Shown piece after piece: positions 49,390 to 59,410 of a stretch of 64,000 nucleotides of DNA. Position 1 is the first letter of the stretch, and the number at the start of each line of letters is the position of its first letter. The stretch covers positions 864,001 through 928,000 of the forward strand of contig CAXXLL010000002.1 of the NCBI GenBank assembly GCA_963662545.2, given 5' to 3'. A program made the position numbers and the translations under genes. The notes under the pieces were generated by a model. That model was not told the DNA's origin and searched no databases. It worked only from the letters and a program-made list of their open reading frames with translations. The stretch is from Gammaproteobacteria bacterium. GTDB taxonomy: Bacteria > Pseudomonadota > Gammaproteobacteria > Ga0077536.

Positions 49390-51408
49390 TCAATGATTCG
49401 GATTTGCCGTGTACTTGTAGAGATCCTTCCAGTAATGGTCGAGCACGGCGTCGTCGGCGCAGCGCGTACATTCGAGTTCGGGATCGCTGACTTCGATAAG
49501 CCCCTTCTTGATCAGGGTTTCCGCGTAGGGGCCTCGGTCGATCAACTTGACGGGGCCGCGCTCTTCGGCGATTTCCTTTCTGAGTTTCTCAGTTGCGGTC
49601 ACGTCGACTTCATGGGTGTCCGGGTCCATGACGATGCCGTAGTGTTTTTCCGCGCTACCGATAGAGACCAGACGCCGGATAACGTCCATGCGCGCCAGTT
49701 CGATGTCGCGCTCCAGCGGATCGCCCCAACCGCCGCCGCCCGGTGTGGTCAAGCGGATCAAGTCGTTTGCTTTGACAGGTACGGCGTCCCGACTGAAGAA
49801 GACGTGCTCTTCATCGTCAGTGCCCGGGTTCCTGATCGACGAACCGGGCGCGCCCCAGCGGCCGCCCTTGATCCCGACACAGGCGAACGCCGTGCGCTCG
49901 GTCACCATGGTGTAGTGGCCGTCGACCAGCGTGCGCAACTCCTTGATGTAACCAAGACCGCCGCGGTACTTACCGGCGCCGCCGGAATCGATGGCAAGAC
50001 CGACCCTTTCGACCTTGACTGGAAAGCGCTGCTCGATGAATTCAGCGGGTAGATTCTTGGAATAAGGCACGAGGTCCACGGCATCGGTTCCGTCCGCATA
50101 GGGCCGCGCGCCAGAGCCCGCGCCGAAGATCTCGCGCATGAGGAACAAGTTTCCTTCGAAGTCCTCGCCGTAGAGTCCGTAGATCTGAATGGTCTGCATG
50201 TCGGCCACGACTTCGCCGTTAAAGGCCTTGGCCAGCGCCACCGTGTAACAACTGATCATGCGGAGCATGCAGGCCATGCGTGAGACGACGGGCGCCGGAA
50301 ACTCGGCGCTCAGCACCGTGCGTTTGGGAACGCGACAGCGAAAAACATCCGTCACCCCTTCATTGATAATGATGCCCGGGATCTGCGCCTTGAAGAAGGC
50401 GCCGAGCCATTTCGAGTAGTGCCTCCCGTCGAGCGCCCAGTTCACCGGCCCCTTCGCCTGCGGACTCGTACCCTCGAAATCGAGGATCATCTTGTGGGGG
50501 TACTTGCGCACGGTGATCTGCAACTTGACCGGCTTATCGAGGGTCAGTCCGTCGGACTCGACGAAATCTTCGCCGACGAATTCCCCCTCCGGGAAAAACG
50601 GCAAGCCCTTGTCGCGTACGACCTCGGCGCAGCGTTCGATGATTTCGTAGAAGGCCGCTTCGACCCTGTCGACGCCGAAACGCTCGCACAGTTCCACCAC
50701 GCGCCGGCGGATGATCTCGTTGGCGCCGACAAAGGCATCGATGTCGCCGCGCAGGTCGTCCGGGAAGCGGCTGTTGCGCAGCAGCACGTCGTAGAGGCCG
50801 TCGTTGAGTACGTCCTCGGCGTGCAGCTTCACGGGCGGGCAGATCGTGCCTTCCTCGAAGATGCTGGTCGACGTATTCGGCCAGGATCCGGCCATGCGGC
50901 CGCCGACGTCGTTTACGTGACCGAAGATCTGCGCAAACCCGATGAGGCGCGCTTCCCAGAAAATGGGCGTCACGACGCAATAGTCCGGCAGGTGCCCGAT
51001 GGTACCGGCCGATCCGAAGACATCGTTGTAAATGAACACATCACCTTCGCGGATCTCCTCGAGTGGAAACTTCATGCGGATGGGATCCGCCGTCGCCGCC
51101 CACGAGACGCGCGACACTGAGAGGCAATCTAGGGTGTTCAAGGACGCGCGGTAGTCATGCTGTTCGCGAATAATGGTCGAGCGCGCCGTGCGTTCGACTG
51201 CCGCTTCGGCTTCCATCACGGCGGCCTCGATGCCGCCGTCGACGATGTCGACGAGAATGGGATCGAGATCGACGCGCGCCTTGCGGATGCGTTCGACATC
51301 GGCCGATGTGGGCTCAACCGTTCCGTAGCGGAACGGCGCATAGTCCGCGAACGCGGCCTCTTCGTTTTCTTTCTCGTAATAACTGGGTGAAAACTCTTTT
51401 TCGGTCAT
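49390..51408 (-). CDS. hydantoinase B/oxoprolinase family subunit
   Basis: RSTIIRE, putative metal ligands in GHLPD and GHVNDVGG, SIFEEG, DSGGAGKYRGG and TPGGGGWGDP. Confidence 0.92.
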   Translation of the reverse strand: MTEKEFSPSYYEKENEEAAFADYAPFRYGTVEPTSADVERIRKARVDLDPILVDIVDGGIEAAVMEAEAAVERTARSTIIREQHDYRASLNTLDCLSVSRVSWAATADPIRMKFPLEEIREGDVFIYNDVFGSAGTIGHLPDYCVVTPIFWEARLIGFAQIFGHVNDVGGRMAGSWPNTSTSIFEEGTICPPVKLHAEDVLNDGLYDVLLRNSRFPDDLRGDIDAFVGANEIIRRRVVELCERFGVDRVEAAFYEIIERCAEVVRDKGLPFFPEGEFVGEDFVESDGLTLDKPVKLQITVRKYPHKMILDFEGTSPQAKGPVNWALDGRHYSKWLGAFFKAQIPGIIINEGVTDVFRCRVPKRTVLSAEFPAPVVSRMACMLRMISCYTVALAKAFNGEVVADMQTIQIYGLYGEDFEGNLFLMREIFGAGSGARPYADGTDAVDLVPYSKNLPAEFIEQRFPVKVERVGLAIDSGGAGKYRGGLGYIKELRTLVDGHYTMVTERTAFACVGIKGGRWGAPGSSIRNPGTDDEEHVFFSRDAVPVKANDLIRLTTPGGGGWGDPLERDIELARMDVIRRLVSIGSAEKHYGIVMDPDTHEVDVTATEKLRKEIAEERGPVKLIDRGPYAETLIKKGLIEVSDPELECTRCADDAVLDHYWKDLYKYTANPNH

Positions 51409-51464
51409 TTTAATCCTCGTGATTCATTCTCTACTACGAACTCATATCGCGCTGGCTGCAAACC

Positions 51465-53537
51465 TCAGGGATCCGTTTTACGAAGAACGAGCGTACCCCA
51501 CTCGTTCACCAGCCCGGCCCAACCGGGATTGACGACCGTGGTCGAATCGTACTGTTCGACGATGGCGGGTCCATTGATCTCGCTGCCGGCACCGAGTCCC
51601 GAGCGGTTGTACACGGGACATTTCAGCGTCCCGCCGCTCTGTGGGAAGAACACGTCCGTCTCTTGCTTTAGCGCCGCATCCGGGCGCGCGTCCGATCTTT
51701 CGAGCTCGGGGATCTGTGGGCGTTTCAGAAGGCCGAGCCCGGTGACGCCGACGTTGACCAGTTCGACGAGCTCAATTCCTTCGTAAGAATAGCCGTACAG
51801 ATCCCGGTGGCTGATATGAAAATCAGCGATCGATTGCTCCAGCGCTTCCCTCGGCAGGCTGCTGCCGCCCGTCCGGGCCAGGGGGATACGGATCTCGTAA
51901 GCCTGTCCGCCATAACGCATGTCGACGAAATGCCGCAACTCAATTCCCGCTCCTTCGAAACCTTCCTTGGTCAGGCGCTCTCTCACCTGAGATTCCAGCA
52001 CTTCGAGTTCGCCGGTGACCCGCTCCGGATCCAGCCGATCCTCACGTTGCACGTCGGTGTGGACGAGGTCGATGCGGACGTCGGTCAGGAGTAGGCCGTA
52101 TGCCGAAGTCACCCCGGGGCTAGGCGGAATAATGACGGTCTTCATGTCCAGCCAATCGGCGAGGTAACAGGCATGGAGCGGACCCGCGCCACCGAAGGCA
52201 ACGAGCGCATAATCGCGTGGGTCGCGGCCGCGCTTGACCGACACCGTGCGGATCCCGGCCGCCATATTTTCGATGGCGATGCGCAGGATGCCGTCGGCCG
52301 CCGCCGTCAAGGTGAGATCGAGTTCTTTGGCGATACTCGCGATCGCCTCTACCGCCTTGGCGCGGTTCAGTTGGATGCCGCCGCCCGCAAGTGACTCTGT
52401 GATGCGTCCGAGCACCAGGTTCGCATCGGTCACGGTCGGTTTGTCGCCGCCGCGGTCGTAGCACATCGGTCCGGGCTCGGCGCCGGCGCTGTCCGGCCCA
52501 ACCTTGAGGCTGCGCCCGCCCGCGAGCCATGCGATCGAACCACCGCCCGCGCCGATGGTGTGAATGTCGATCATCGCCGTTTTGACGTCGTAGATGTCCA
52601 CCCGGCCCTCGGTCAGCATGCGCGGTTCGCCGTCTTCGACCAGGCAGATGTCCGCCGAGGTGCCACCGACGTCGAAGCAGATGACATCCGGGTAACCACT
52701 CAGCTTGCCGAAGTGCGAAGCTGCGATAACGCCCGCCGCGGGACCCGAAAGCGCAGCGGCGATCGGCAGGCGCGAAATCTCTTCTGCCTGGGCCAGGCCG
52801 CCGCTCGATCGCATGATGTAGAACGGCACGTCGATATCCCGGCTTTTCAAATACTGTTCGAGCTTCTCATGATAGCTCGACAGGAGCGGCATCAGCGCGG
52901 TGTTCAGACAGGTCGTGTTGGTGCGTTCATACTCGCGATATTCACGGAGAATATCCGACGATATCGAGATGAAACATTCGGGATAGACTTCTTCGATGAT
53001 GCCGCGTATTTCCTGCTCTTGTACCGGATCGCGATAGGAATGCAGTAGCGACACGGCCACCGCGCTGATCCCGAGCGCCTTGAACTCTTGTGCTACACAG
53101 CGCACTTCGTCGGCGTCTACCGGTTGGTCGACGTGGCCCTCGACGTCGAGTCGCGCATTCACTTCGCGCACGAGTTCTAGTGGCACCACCCGTTCCGGTT
53201 TGATCCACCAGGTGATGTCGCCGAACTCACCCGGTACGGTTTGCCGCGCGACCTCCAGTGCTTCGCGGTACCCTTTGGTGATGATCAATCCGAGTTGAGA
53301 ATACTTGCGCTGCAGGATGGCGTTGGTGGCGACGGTCGTTCCGTGAAAGACGGCGGCGATGTCCGCCGGGGGAATACCCGCCTTTTCGGTGATGTGCTCG
53401 ATGCCGTTGATGAATCCGTTGGCGGGATCTTCTGGCGTGCTCGGTACCTTGGCGAGATGAAGCGTGCCGCTTGATTCCTCCAGCGCAACGATATCCGTGA
53501 AGGTGCCGCCGATGTCGACCGCAATGCGCCAACTCAT
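51465..53537 (-). CDS. hydantoinase A/oxoprolinase ATP-binding subunit (A2)
   Basis: DIGGTFTD, HGTTVATN, EYER, SGPAAG, DVGGTSAD, GAGGGS and FGGAGPLH. Confidence 0.93.
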   Translation of the reverse strand: MSWRIAVDIGGTFTDIVALEESSGTLHLAKVPSTPEDPANGFINGIEHITEKAGIPPADIAAVFHGTTVATNAILQRKYSQLGLIITKGYREALEVARQTVPGEFGDITWWIKPERVVPLELVREVNARLDVEGHVDQPVDADEVRCVAQEFKALGISAVAVSLLHSYRDPVQEQEIRGIIEEVYPECFISISSDILREYREYERTNTTCLNTALMPLLSSYHEKLEQYLKSRDIDVPFYIMRSSGGLAQAEEISRLPIAAALSGPAAGVIAASHFGKLSGYPDVICFDVGGTSADICLVEDGEPRMLTEGRVDIYDVKTAMIDIHTIGAGGGSIAWLAGGRSLKVGPDSAGAEPGPMCYDRGGDKPTVTDANLVLGRITESLAGGGIQLNRAKAVEAIASIAKELDLTLTAAADGILRIAIENMAAGIRTVSVKRGRDPRDYALVAFGGAGPLHACYLADWLDMKTVIIPPSPGVTSAYGLLLTDVRIDLVHTDVQREDRLDPERVTGELEVLESQVRERLTKEGFEGAGIELRHFVDMRYGGQAYEIRIPLARTGGSSLPREALEQSIADFHISHRDLYGYSYEGIELVELVNVGVTGLGLLKRPQIPELERSDARPDAALKQETDVFFPQSGGTLKCPVYNRSGLGAGSEINGPAIVEQYDSTTVVNPGWAGLVNEWGTLVLRKTDP

Positions 53538-53554
53538 CTATATCCCCTCCTGAC

Positions 53555-55594
53555 TTACCCGGGCCGCAGCATCATATTTCCGAACTCGTCGATTTCAGCG
53601 GTGAAATCGGGCGGTATGACGATCGTGGAATCGTATTGTTCAACGACTGCCGGCCCACGGATGGTATTGCCGGCTCCTAAACTGTCGCGGACGTACACCG
53701 GGCTGTCAATAAACGTCGGATGATCGAGATAGGCCACTTCGCGGTGGGCACGGGGTACAGGTTTTCGATCGGCCTTTGGGAGGCGGTTCAGGACGTCCGG
53801 CCTGGCGCGCTCGCCGATTGCCGTGGCGCGCAGATTGACGAGTTCCACCGTCTCCCGGCCCGCATAAGAATGACCGCTCAGCCGGTGAAACTGGTCGTGG
53901 AAGGCGTCGATCGCCTGCCGCAGCAAGGCTTCGGTAATCGGGCCGGGTGCGATTTCGACGGTGATCTCGTTCGACATGCCGGCGTAGCGCATATCGATGT
54001 GCCGCTGTACGCGCCGACGGATCTCCGGCACGCGTTCATCGGCCAGAAAGAGCAAGGCGGCGTCTTCGAGCGTAGCGAAGATCGCCTGCGCCCGCTCGAC
54101 ATCCAAGGCGTCTTCGTGCAGCCCGAAGGCCTGTACGAAATCGTCTTTGACGTCTGCCACCAGCAAGCCGAGCGCGGCGGCGAGTCCCGGCTGCGGCGGC
54201 ACCACGATCGTCCTCATGCCTAGCAGCACCGCGAGATCGGCTGCGTGCAGCGGTCCGGCGCCGCCCATCGCAAACAGCACATAGTCCTTGGGATCGTGGC
54301 CGCGCTGAACAGAGATCCGTCGGATCGCGCCGCACATGTTGTGGGTGGCGATCTCGAGAATGCCACGCGCGCAGCGCACGGCATCAAGGCCGCGACTTTG
54401 ACCGAATGACGCGAGCGCGGCGGCGGCGGCGTCCTTATTCAGCGGCAGGGAGCCGCCGAGCAGGGCCCCGGGAAGCCGTCCCAGTACGATCTGGGCGTCG
54501 GTGAGCGTAACGAGATCACCCCCGTGTCCGTAACACACCGGGCCGGGGTCCGCGCCCGCGCTCCCCGGCCCCACCCGCCAGCGCTCGTCGTTGCCCTGCG
54601 AAGCGATCGAGCCGCCGCCGGCGCCGATGGTAAGCACGTCGATCATCGGCGTCTTGAACGGAAATCCCGCGATCTCGCCGTAGGTCGTCAATGCGTACCG
54701 TCCGTGCTGCACCAGCGCCACGTCAGTCGAGGTACCGCCGATGTCGAGCGTAATGATATCTTCGTAGCCGATCCGGGCGCCGAGGCAGACCATGCCGACC
54801 ACCGCGGCGCTCGGTCCGGACAGGGCTGTCGTCAGCGGCTTTTTCATCGCGCGGCGCGCGCTCGCGAGTCCGCCTGAGGACTTCATGACCAGCAGCGGTG
54901 AACGCGCCAGCTCGCCCTCGTTCATGACGGATTCGATGTGGTCTTTCATCGCAGGCATCAGGCAGGCATTCAAACACGCGGCGAGGGTACGTTCGTATTC
55001 GCGGAGTTCAGGCAGCACCTCGGTTGACAGAACGACCTCGATGCGGGGCGCCGCGCGCGCAAAGACCGCCGCGACTTGTCGTTCCTGCGCAGGGTCGAGA
55101 TAGCTGTGCATCAGTGACACAACGACGATCGATATCGAGCGATCGCGGTACCATTCGGCAAGCGCTGCGACCTCCTGCTCGTCGACGGCCGCGCGCACCG
55201 AGCCGTCAGCGTTGAGCCGCGCCCCGATTTCGTTGACGAGTTCGAGTGAAACCAGCCGTTTTGCCAGCGGCTGCCGCGTCTCGTTCTCGTCACGCACCGG
55301 TAACGGCAGGCGGGCGGTTTCGAGAATTTCTCGAAACCCGCGGTTGACGATCAGCCCGATGGGCGGCAACGCGTGGGTGAGTAGTGAATTCAACGCGAGC
55401 GTCGTGCTGTAGAGGAGTTCTTGCGGCGCCCTGGAGGCGCTGCCTGCCGAGGCGATGGCGACCTCGACCGCGGACAGAAAGCATTGCGAGAGATCTCGGG
55501 GCCGCGTCGAGACCTTGTTTGTAGCGATCACGCCCCCGTCATCGACTGTAATGATGTCGGTGAAAGTACCGCCGATATCAATAGCGACCTTCAT
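53555..55594 (-). CDS. hydantoinase A/oxoprolinase ATP-binding subunit (A1)
   Basis: DIGGTFTD, YSTTLALN (variant of HGTT), EYER, SGPSAA, DIGGTSTD, GAGGGS and GGAGPLH. Confidence 0.92.
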   Translation of the reverse strand: MKVAIDIGGTFTDIITVDDGGVIATNKVSTRPRDLSQCFLSAVEVAIASAGSASRAPQELLYSTTLALNSLLTHALPPIGLIVNRGFREILETARLPLPVRDENETRQPLAKRLVSLELVNEIGARLNADGSVRAAVDEQEVAALAEWYRDRSISIVVVSLMHSYLDPAQERQVAAVFARAAPRIEVVLSTEVLPELREYERTLAACLNACLMPAMKDHIESVMNEGELARSPLLVMKSSGGLASARRAMKKPLTTALSGPSAAVVGMVCLGARIGYEDIITLDIGGTSTDVALVQHGRYALTTYGEIAGFPFKTPMIDVLTIGAGGGSIASQGNDERWRVGPGSAGADPGPVCYGHGGDLVTLTDAQIVLGRLPGALLGGSLPLNKDAAAAALASFGQSRGLDAVRCARGILEIATHNMCGAIRRISVQRGHDPKDYVLFAMGGAGPLHAADLAVLLGMRTIVVPPQPGLAAALGLLVADVKDDFVQAFGLHEDALDVERAQAIFATLEDAALLFLADERVPEIRRRVQRHIDMRYAGMSNEITVEIAPGPITEALLRQAIDAFHDQFHRLSGHSYAGRETVELVNLRATAIGERARPDVLNRLPKADRKPVPRAHREVAYLDHPTFIDSPVYVRDSLGAGNTIRGPAVVEQYDSTIVIPPDFTAEIDEFGNMMLRPG

Positions 55595-55621
55595 CGCCGA
55601 TAGGACTTATTCGGAGGTTTC

Positions 55622-56206
55622 TTATGTTTTGGCCTGCACTTGCATTTCGTCATGCGCGAATGAGAGGGGACACAGCTTGCCGACGCCTTCGAGTCCGACT
55701 GCGAACACCAAGCGTCCGTAGCCGATGAAGATCGCCATGCGCCACCCGAGCGCCATGATTTCAGGTTCGCTGAAATGCTCGCGCAATTCGTCGAACAAAT
55801 CATCGGAAACCTGCCGGTGATCCCGGGCCAGGGTATCGGCAAATCGCAGCGCCGCTTTCTCACGCGCCGAAAACAAGTCACTCTCGCGGTAATTTGGAAG
55901 CGCCTTAATCATCTCGTCAGTCAATCCTTGATGCCTCGCCGAGGCATACACGGCGCTCATTCAGAGATGACATTCATTGATCTGCGCGACCTTGTGGCGC
56001 ACGAGTTCGGTGAGCTTCACGCTGATGCCGTAGGCATCGGTCATGATGTGCGTGTAATAAAAGTCGACGAACGTCTTGTAGAGATCCGGCGTCTGGGCGA
56101 ACACCTGGATCCATTCCGATCCGCCGAGTGCTTCGTCGCTCTCCAGCATGGTTTTCTGCAGATCCGGGTCGACCTGCTCGAACGGTACTTTGTTGACGCG
56201 TAGCAT
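55622..56206 (-). CDS. AhpD/carboxymuconolactone-decarboxylase family protein, predicted selenoprotein (C79-x-x-U82)
   Basis: ORFs 55961-56251 and 55622-55960 are in the same frame and abut at a single TGA (55961-55963): ...ELVRHKVAQINECHL-U-MSAVY...FSAREKAALRFAD...LREHFSEPEI. GGAGG RBS before ATG 56206; 194 aa on read-through. Confidence 0.82.
55926..55953 (-). promoter_or_regulatory. candidate bacterial SECIS hairpin
   Basis: The mRNA after UGA reads AUGAGCGCCGUGU-AUGCCUC-GGC-GAGGCAU-CAAGG: a perfect 7-bp stem with a G-initiated apical loop 20 nt after the UGA, extendable past a bulged U. Confidence 0.65.
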
Positions 56207-56407
56207 CCCTTGTCCTCCGTCTTTATCGGCCATGGTTCCCTTATATACCAAGCTGTCTGTGTTTTGAAGGTGATGACTCGATGCGCTGCTACTGTTGCGC
56301 CACCACGCGTAGAGGCACGGCTACGCGGCGCTCATTTCACAAGCCGCTCTCCCTGGCGCGCGTACGGGCGGTGTCGTATTCTGGTTTTCGAACGAATGGG
56401 GGGATGA

Positions 56408-58018
56408 ATGATGGCGGCACGCGCGGAACGACGCAGTTTTTGGACCTGGGGTTACGTTTCCGACGAGCCGAGCGACGAGGAACGCGCGGCCGCCGCGAAG
56501 CGGCTCGCCGGCCGCCTCGGTCAACTGGTCACGCCGCCCCGTATTCCCCCGATCGAAGAAATCGAACTCACGCCGCCAAGAATCGACATTCCGAGTCGAT
56601 TCGACGGCTGGATATCGACCGATCACGCGGACCGCGTGACACACACTTACGGGGGGCACCCGGTCGAACTGCTGACCGCGATGCGCGGTGAGTTCGTCAG
56701 CCCGCCGGACGTCGTCGCGCATCCTCGCAGTGAAGATGAACTCGAAGCCACGCTCGAATGGTGCGACGGCCAGGGCTATATCGCGATTCCCTATGGAGGC
56801 GGCACCTCGGTCGTATGGGGTGTGAACGTCCCCGATGGATCAGACGGGGCGGTGACCATTGATCTCGACAATTTGAACGCCGTGCTCGAAGTTGATGAAG
56901 TGTCCCGCGCCGGGCGGTTTGAGGCAGGCATTCTCGGCCCGGATCTCGAAGCGGCGTTGAAGCCGCGCGGGCTGACCCTGCGGCACTTTCCGCAAAGCTT
57001 TCCATGGTCGACCGTCGGCGGCTGGGTCGCGACCCGTTCGGGCGGACATTACGCCACTAATCACACGCACATCGACGATTTCGTCGAATCGACCCGCATG
57101 CTGTCCCCCGCCGGCTGGTTCGAGACGCGACGGCTGCCCGGCAGCGGCGCGGGGCCGAGCCCGGATCGCCTGGTAATTGGATCGGAAGGCATACTGGGGA
57201 TCATCAGTGAGTGCTGGCTGCGCTTGCAGAAACGTCCCCTGTTTCGCGCCACGGCCGGCGTCACGTTTGGCACCTGGGAAGCCGGAACGACCGCTATGCG
57301 GCATATCGTGCAGGCGAAACTGTGGCCGGCCAACCTGCGGATCCTGGATCCGGTCGAAGCCGGTAACAACGCGGGCCTGGACGGCATCCAGTCACTGATC
57401 ATCATCGGTTTCGAATCGGCGGATGTGCCTCAGGGTTCTTACGTCAGGGAGGCGGTCGCGATCGCGCGCGAATTCGGCGGCATCATCGACGACGAGGAGA
57501 TCCGGGTCGACGATGGCAAGGGCAACACGACGGGGCGCGAGGGCGCGGTCGGCGCCTGGCGGAATGCCTTCATCGGCGTCAATGCGGGATTGACCGCCGG
57601 GCTCGGCCTGCTCGCCGATACCTTCGAGACGGCAGTCACCTGGGATAAGTGGCCGGAATTCGACGCCGTCGTGCGGGAACGCGTGGGTCGGGTACTCAAG
57701 GAAACGCTCGGCGACAGCGCGATGCTGTCGTGCCGGTTCACGCACGTCTACCCTGACGGGCCGGCGCCTTACTATTCCTTCAGCGGGGTCGTGCCGATCG
57801 GCGGTGAGCAGGAAGTGTGGCGCACCATCAAGGATGAGGCCACCGCGACTTTGGTGGACGCGGGCGGCACGGTGACCCACCATCACGCCGTTGGACGCTT
57901 GCACGCAGAAGCTTGGGCGAGACAGCGACCGGCACTATTCGGCGAAACCTTACGCGCGGTCAAACGCACGCTCGACCCCAACGGGATATTGAATCCGGGT
58001 GTTTTGCTCGAACCTTGA
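56408..58018 (+). CDS. FAD-binding oxidoreductase (alkyl-DHAP synthase-like)
   Basis: PYGGGTSVV, LRHFPQSF, GSEGILG, THVYPDG, THHHAVG and DPNGILNPG. Confidence 0.9.
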   Translation: MMAARAERRSFWTWGYVSDEPSDEERAAAAKRLAGRLGQLVTPPRIPPIEEIELTPPRIDIPSRFDGWISTDHADRVTHTYGGHPVELLTAMRGEFVSPPDVVAHPRSEDELEATLEWCDGQGYIAIPYGGGTSVVWGVNVPDGSDGAVTIDLDNLNAVLEVDEVSRAGRFEAGILGPDLEAALKPRGLTLRHFPQSFPWSTVGGWVATRSGGHYATNHTHIDDFVESTRMLSPAGWFETRRLPGSGAGPSPDRLVIGSEGILGIISECWLRLQKRPLFRATAGVTFGTWEAGTTAMRHIVQAKLWPANLRILDPVEAGNNAGLDGIQSLIIIGFESADVPQGSYVREAVAIAREFGGIIDDEEIRVDDGKGNTTGREGAVGAWRNAFIGVNAGLTAGLGLLADTFETAVTWDKWPEFDAVVRERVGRVLKETLGDSAMLSCRFTHVYPDGPAPYYSFSGVVPIGGEQEVWRTIKDEATATLVDAGGTVTHHHAVGRLHAEAWARQRPALFGETLRAVKRTLDPNGILNPGVLLEP

Positions 58019-58028
58019 GAGGCCGTTG

Positions 58029-58325
58029 CTAAAAAGGCACGTAGCCTTCCAGAACGACAAACTCGGCTTCGGCCGCCCCGGCTCTGAGCGCTCGTGCGGC
58101 CGTATAATCGGGCGAGTCATAAAATTTCCGGGCCGTTTCGACCGAAGAAAATTCGACGACAATCCAGCGTGCGCTGGATTCGGGCCCTTCCAAGGTAACG
58201 ACGTCACCACCGCGAACGATGAAGCGTCCGCCGAACTTTTCGACGACCCCGGGACTGACAGCCGTATAACTGGAATACCGCTCCGGATCCGAGATTTCGA
58301 CGCGCGCAATCAAGTAGGCAGGCAT
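58029..58325 (-). CDS. DUF1330 family protein
   Basis: MPAYLIA, FGGRFIVRGG, VVEFSS and FYDSPDY. Start set at ATG 58325. Confidence 0.88.
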   Translation of the reverse strand: MPAYLIARVEISDPERYSSYTAVSPGVVEKFGGRFIVRGGDVVTLEGPESSARWIVVEFSSVETARKFYDSPDYTAARALRAGAAEAEFVVLEGYVPF

Positions 58326-58480
58326 GGTGTTCTCCGTCGTTTTTTTCAGCTTGTCACGCTTCCCCCGGTTCTTCCAGCAGATGCAGGTCGCTGGTGCGAG
58401 CAATTGTTCGGCGGCCGCCGAACTGGTCTGAACTTGCGATGATCCGGCCCATGCGCAGGTGGCTGCAAAAACGATAAGGC

Positions 58481-59392
58481 ATGGAACACGACCGAAGCCA
58501 AGCAATAGGCCTCATCTCAGCGCTCCTGGCCGGCGTGCTTTTCGGTACGGCGGTCGCCGTATCACGATACGCCTACGACGCAGGAGCCAGCGGAATCCTG
58601 GTGGCGGGATTCCGTTCGATCATCGTGGTGGTGGTGCTGGCTGCCGTCGTCAAGATCGCCGGCCATTCCTGGTCCTTGCCGCGAAGCCTGATCCCCCTTG
58701 TGATCTCGAACGGCATCCTCATGGCCGTGATGACCTACGGCAACATCGGCGCAGTCGAGTTCATCTCTGTCGGTCTCGCTTCGCTCCTTTTTTTTACTTT
58801 TCCGGTGATCATCGCGGTTCTGGTGATCATCCTCCGTATCGAACGGGTGAGTCTGGCGAAACTGTTCGCGATCGGTTTGGCGTTTGCCGGTATCGCCGCG
58901 ATGCTGGGCGCGTCTGTAGGCAACGTCGACTGGCGGGGGACGGCTTTTTCGCTGGTCGCGGCGCTGGCTACTGCGGTCAACGCGATCATGATCGCGCGGT
59001 ATTTCGCGCGCGTGAACATCCTGGTGGCCACACTGCACTTGAGCATCGTGGCATTGATTACCTTGGTCCTGATCGCGGCATTCGTCGCCGAAGTGCGTCT
59101 GCCATCAACCCCCGGCGGCTGGTGGGGCGTGATCGGTGTCGCGGTGTTTCAGGCCGCGGGAACACCCCTGTACATGGTTGCACTCGCCCGCATCGGCGCA
59201 CTCAAAGCCGGCATGGCCACGAATATTCAACCAGTGACGGCGATATTCGAGGCGTGGGTATTGTTCGGGGAGGTGCTGAGCGTGCTGCAGGCACTAGGAG
59301 GCGCCATGGTGCTGATCGGGATCGCGCTGATGCAGTGGATCGATCTTCGCGGGCGAACCTCGGTGATCACGAAAATCACGCCGCCGGATTAG
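58481..59392 (+). CDS. DMT/EamA family transporter
   Basis: 303 aa, about 10 hydrophobic helices in two EamA repeats (FTFPV, QPV..IFEAWVLFGE). Confidence 0.88.
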   Translation: MEHDRSQAIGLISALLAGVLFGTAVAVSRYAYDAGASGILVAGFRSIIVVVVLAAVVKIAGHSWSLPRSLIPLVISNGILMAVMTYGNIGAVEFISVGLASLLFFTFPVIIAVLVIILRIERVSLAKLFAIGLAFAGIAAMLGASVGNVDWRGTAFSLVAALATAVNAIMIARYFARVNILVATLHLSIVALITLVLIAAFVAEVRLPSTPGGWWGVIGVAVFQAAGTPLYMVALARIGALKAGMATNIQPVTAIFEAWVLFGEVLSVLQALGGAMVLIGIALMQWIDLRGRTSVITKITPPD

Positions 59393-59410
59393 CGGGCTAA
59401 GCGAAAATCT

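Noticed and set aside
55622-55960. Independent 112-aa gene starting at the ATG right after the TGA
   Set aside because: It has no RBS of its own and is the C-terminal half of an AhpD fold, so UGA read-through explains it better. Translational re-initiation cannot be fully excluded.
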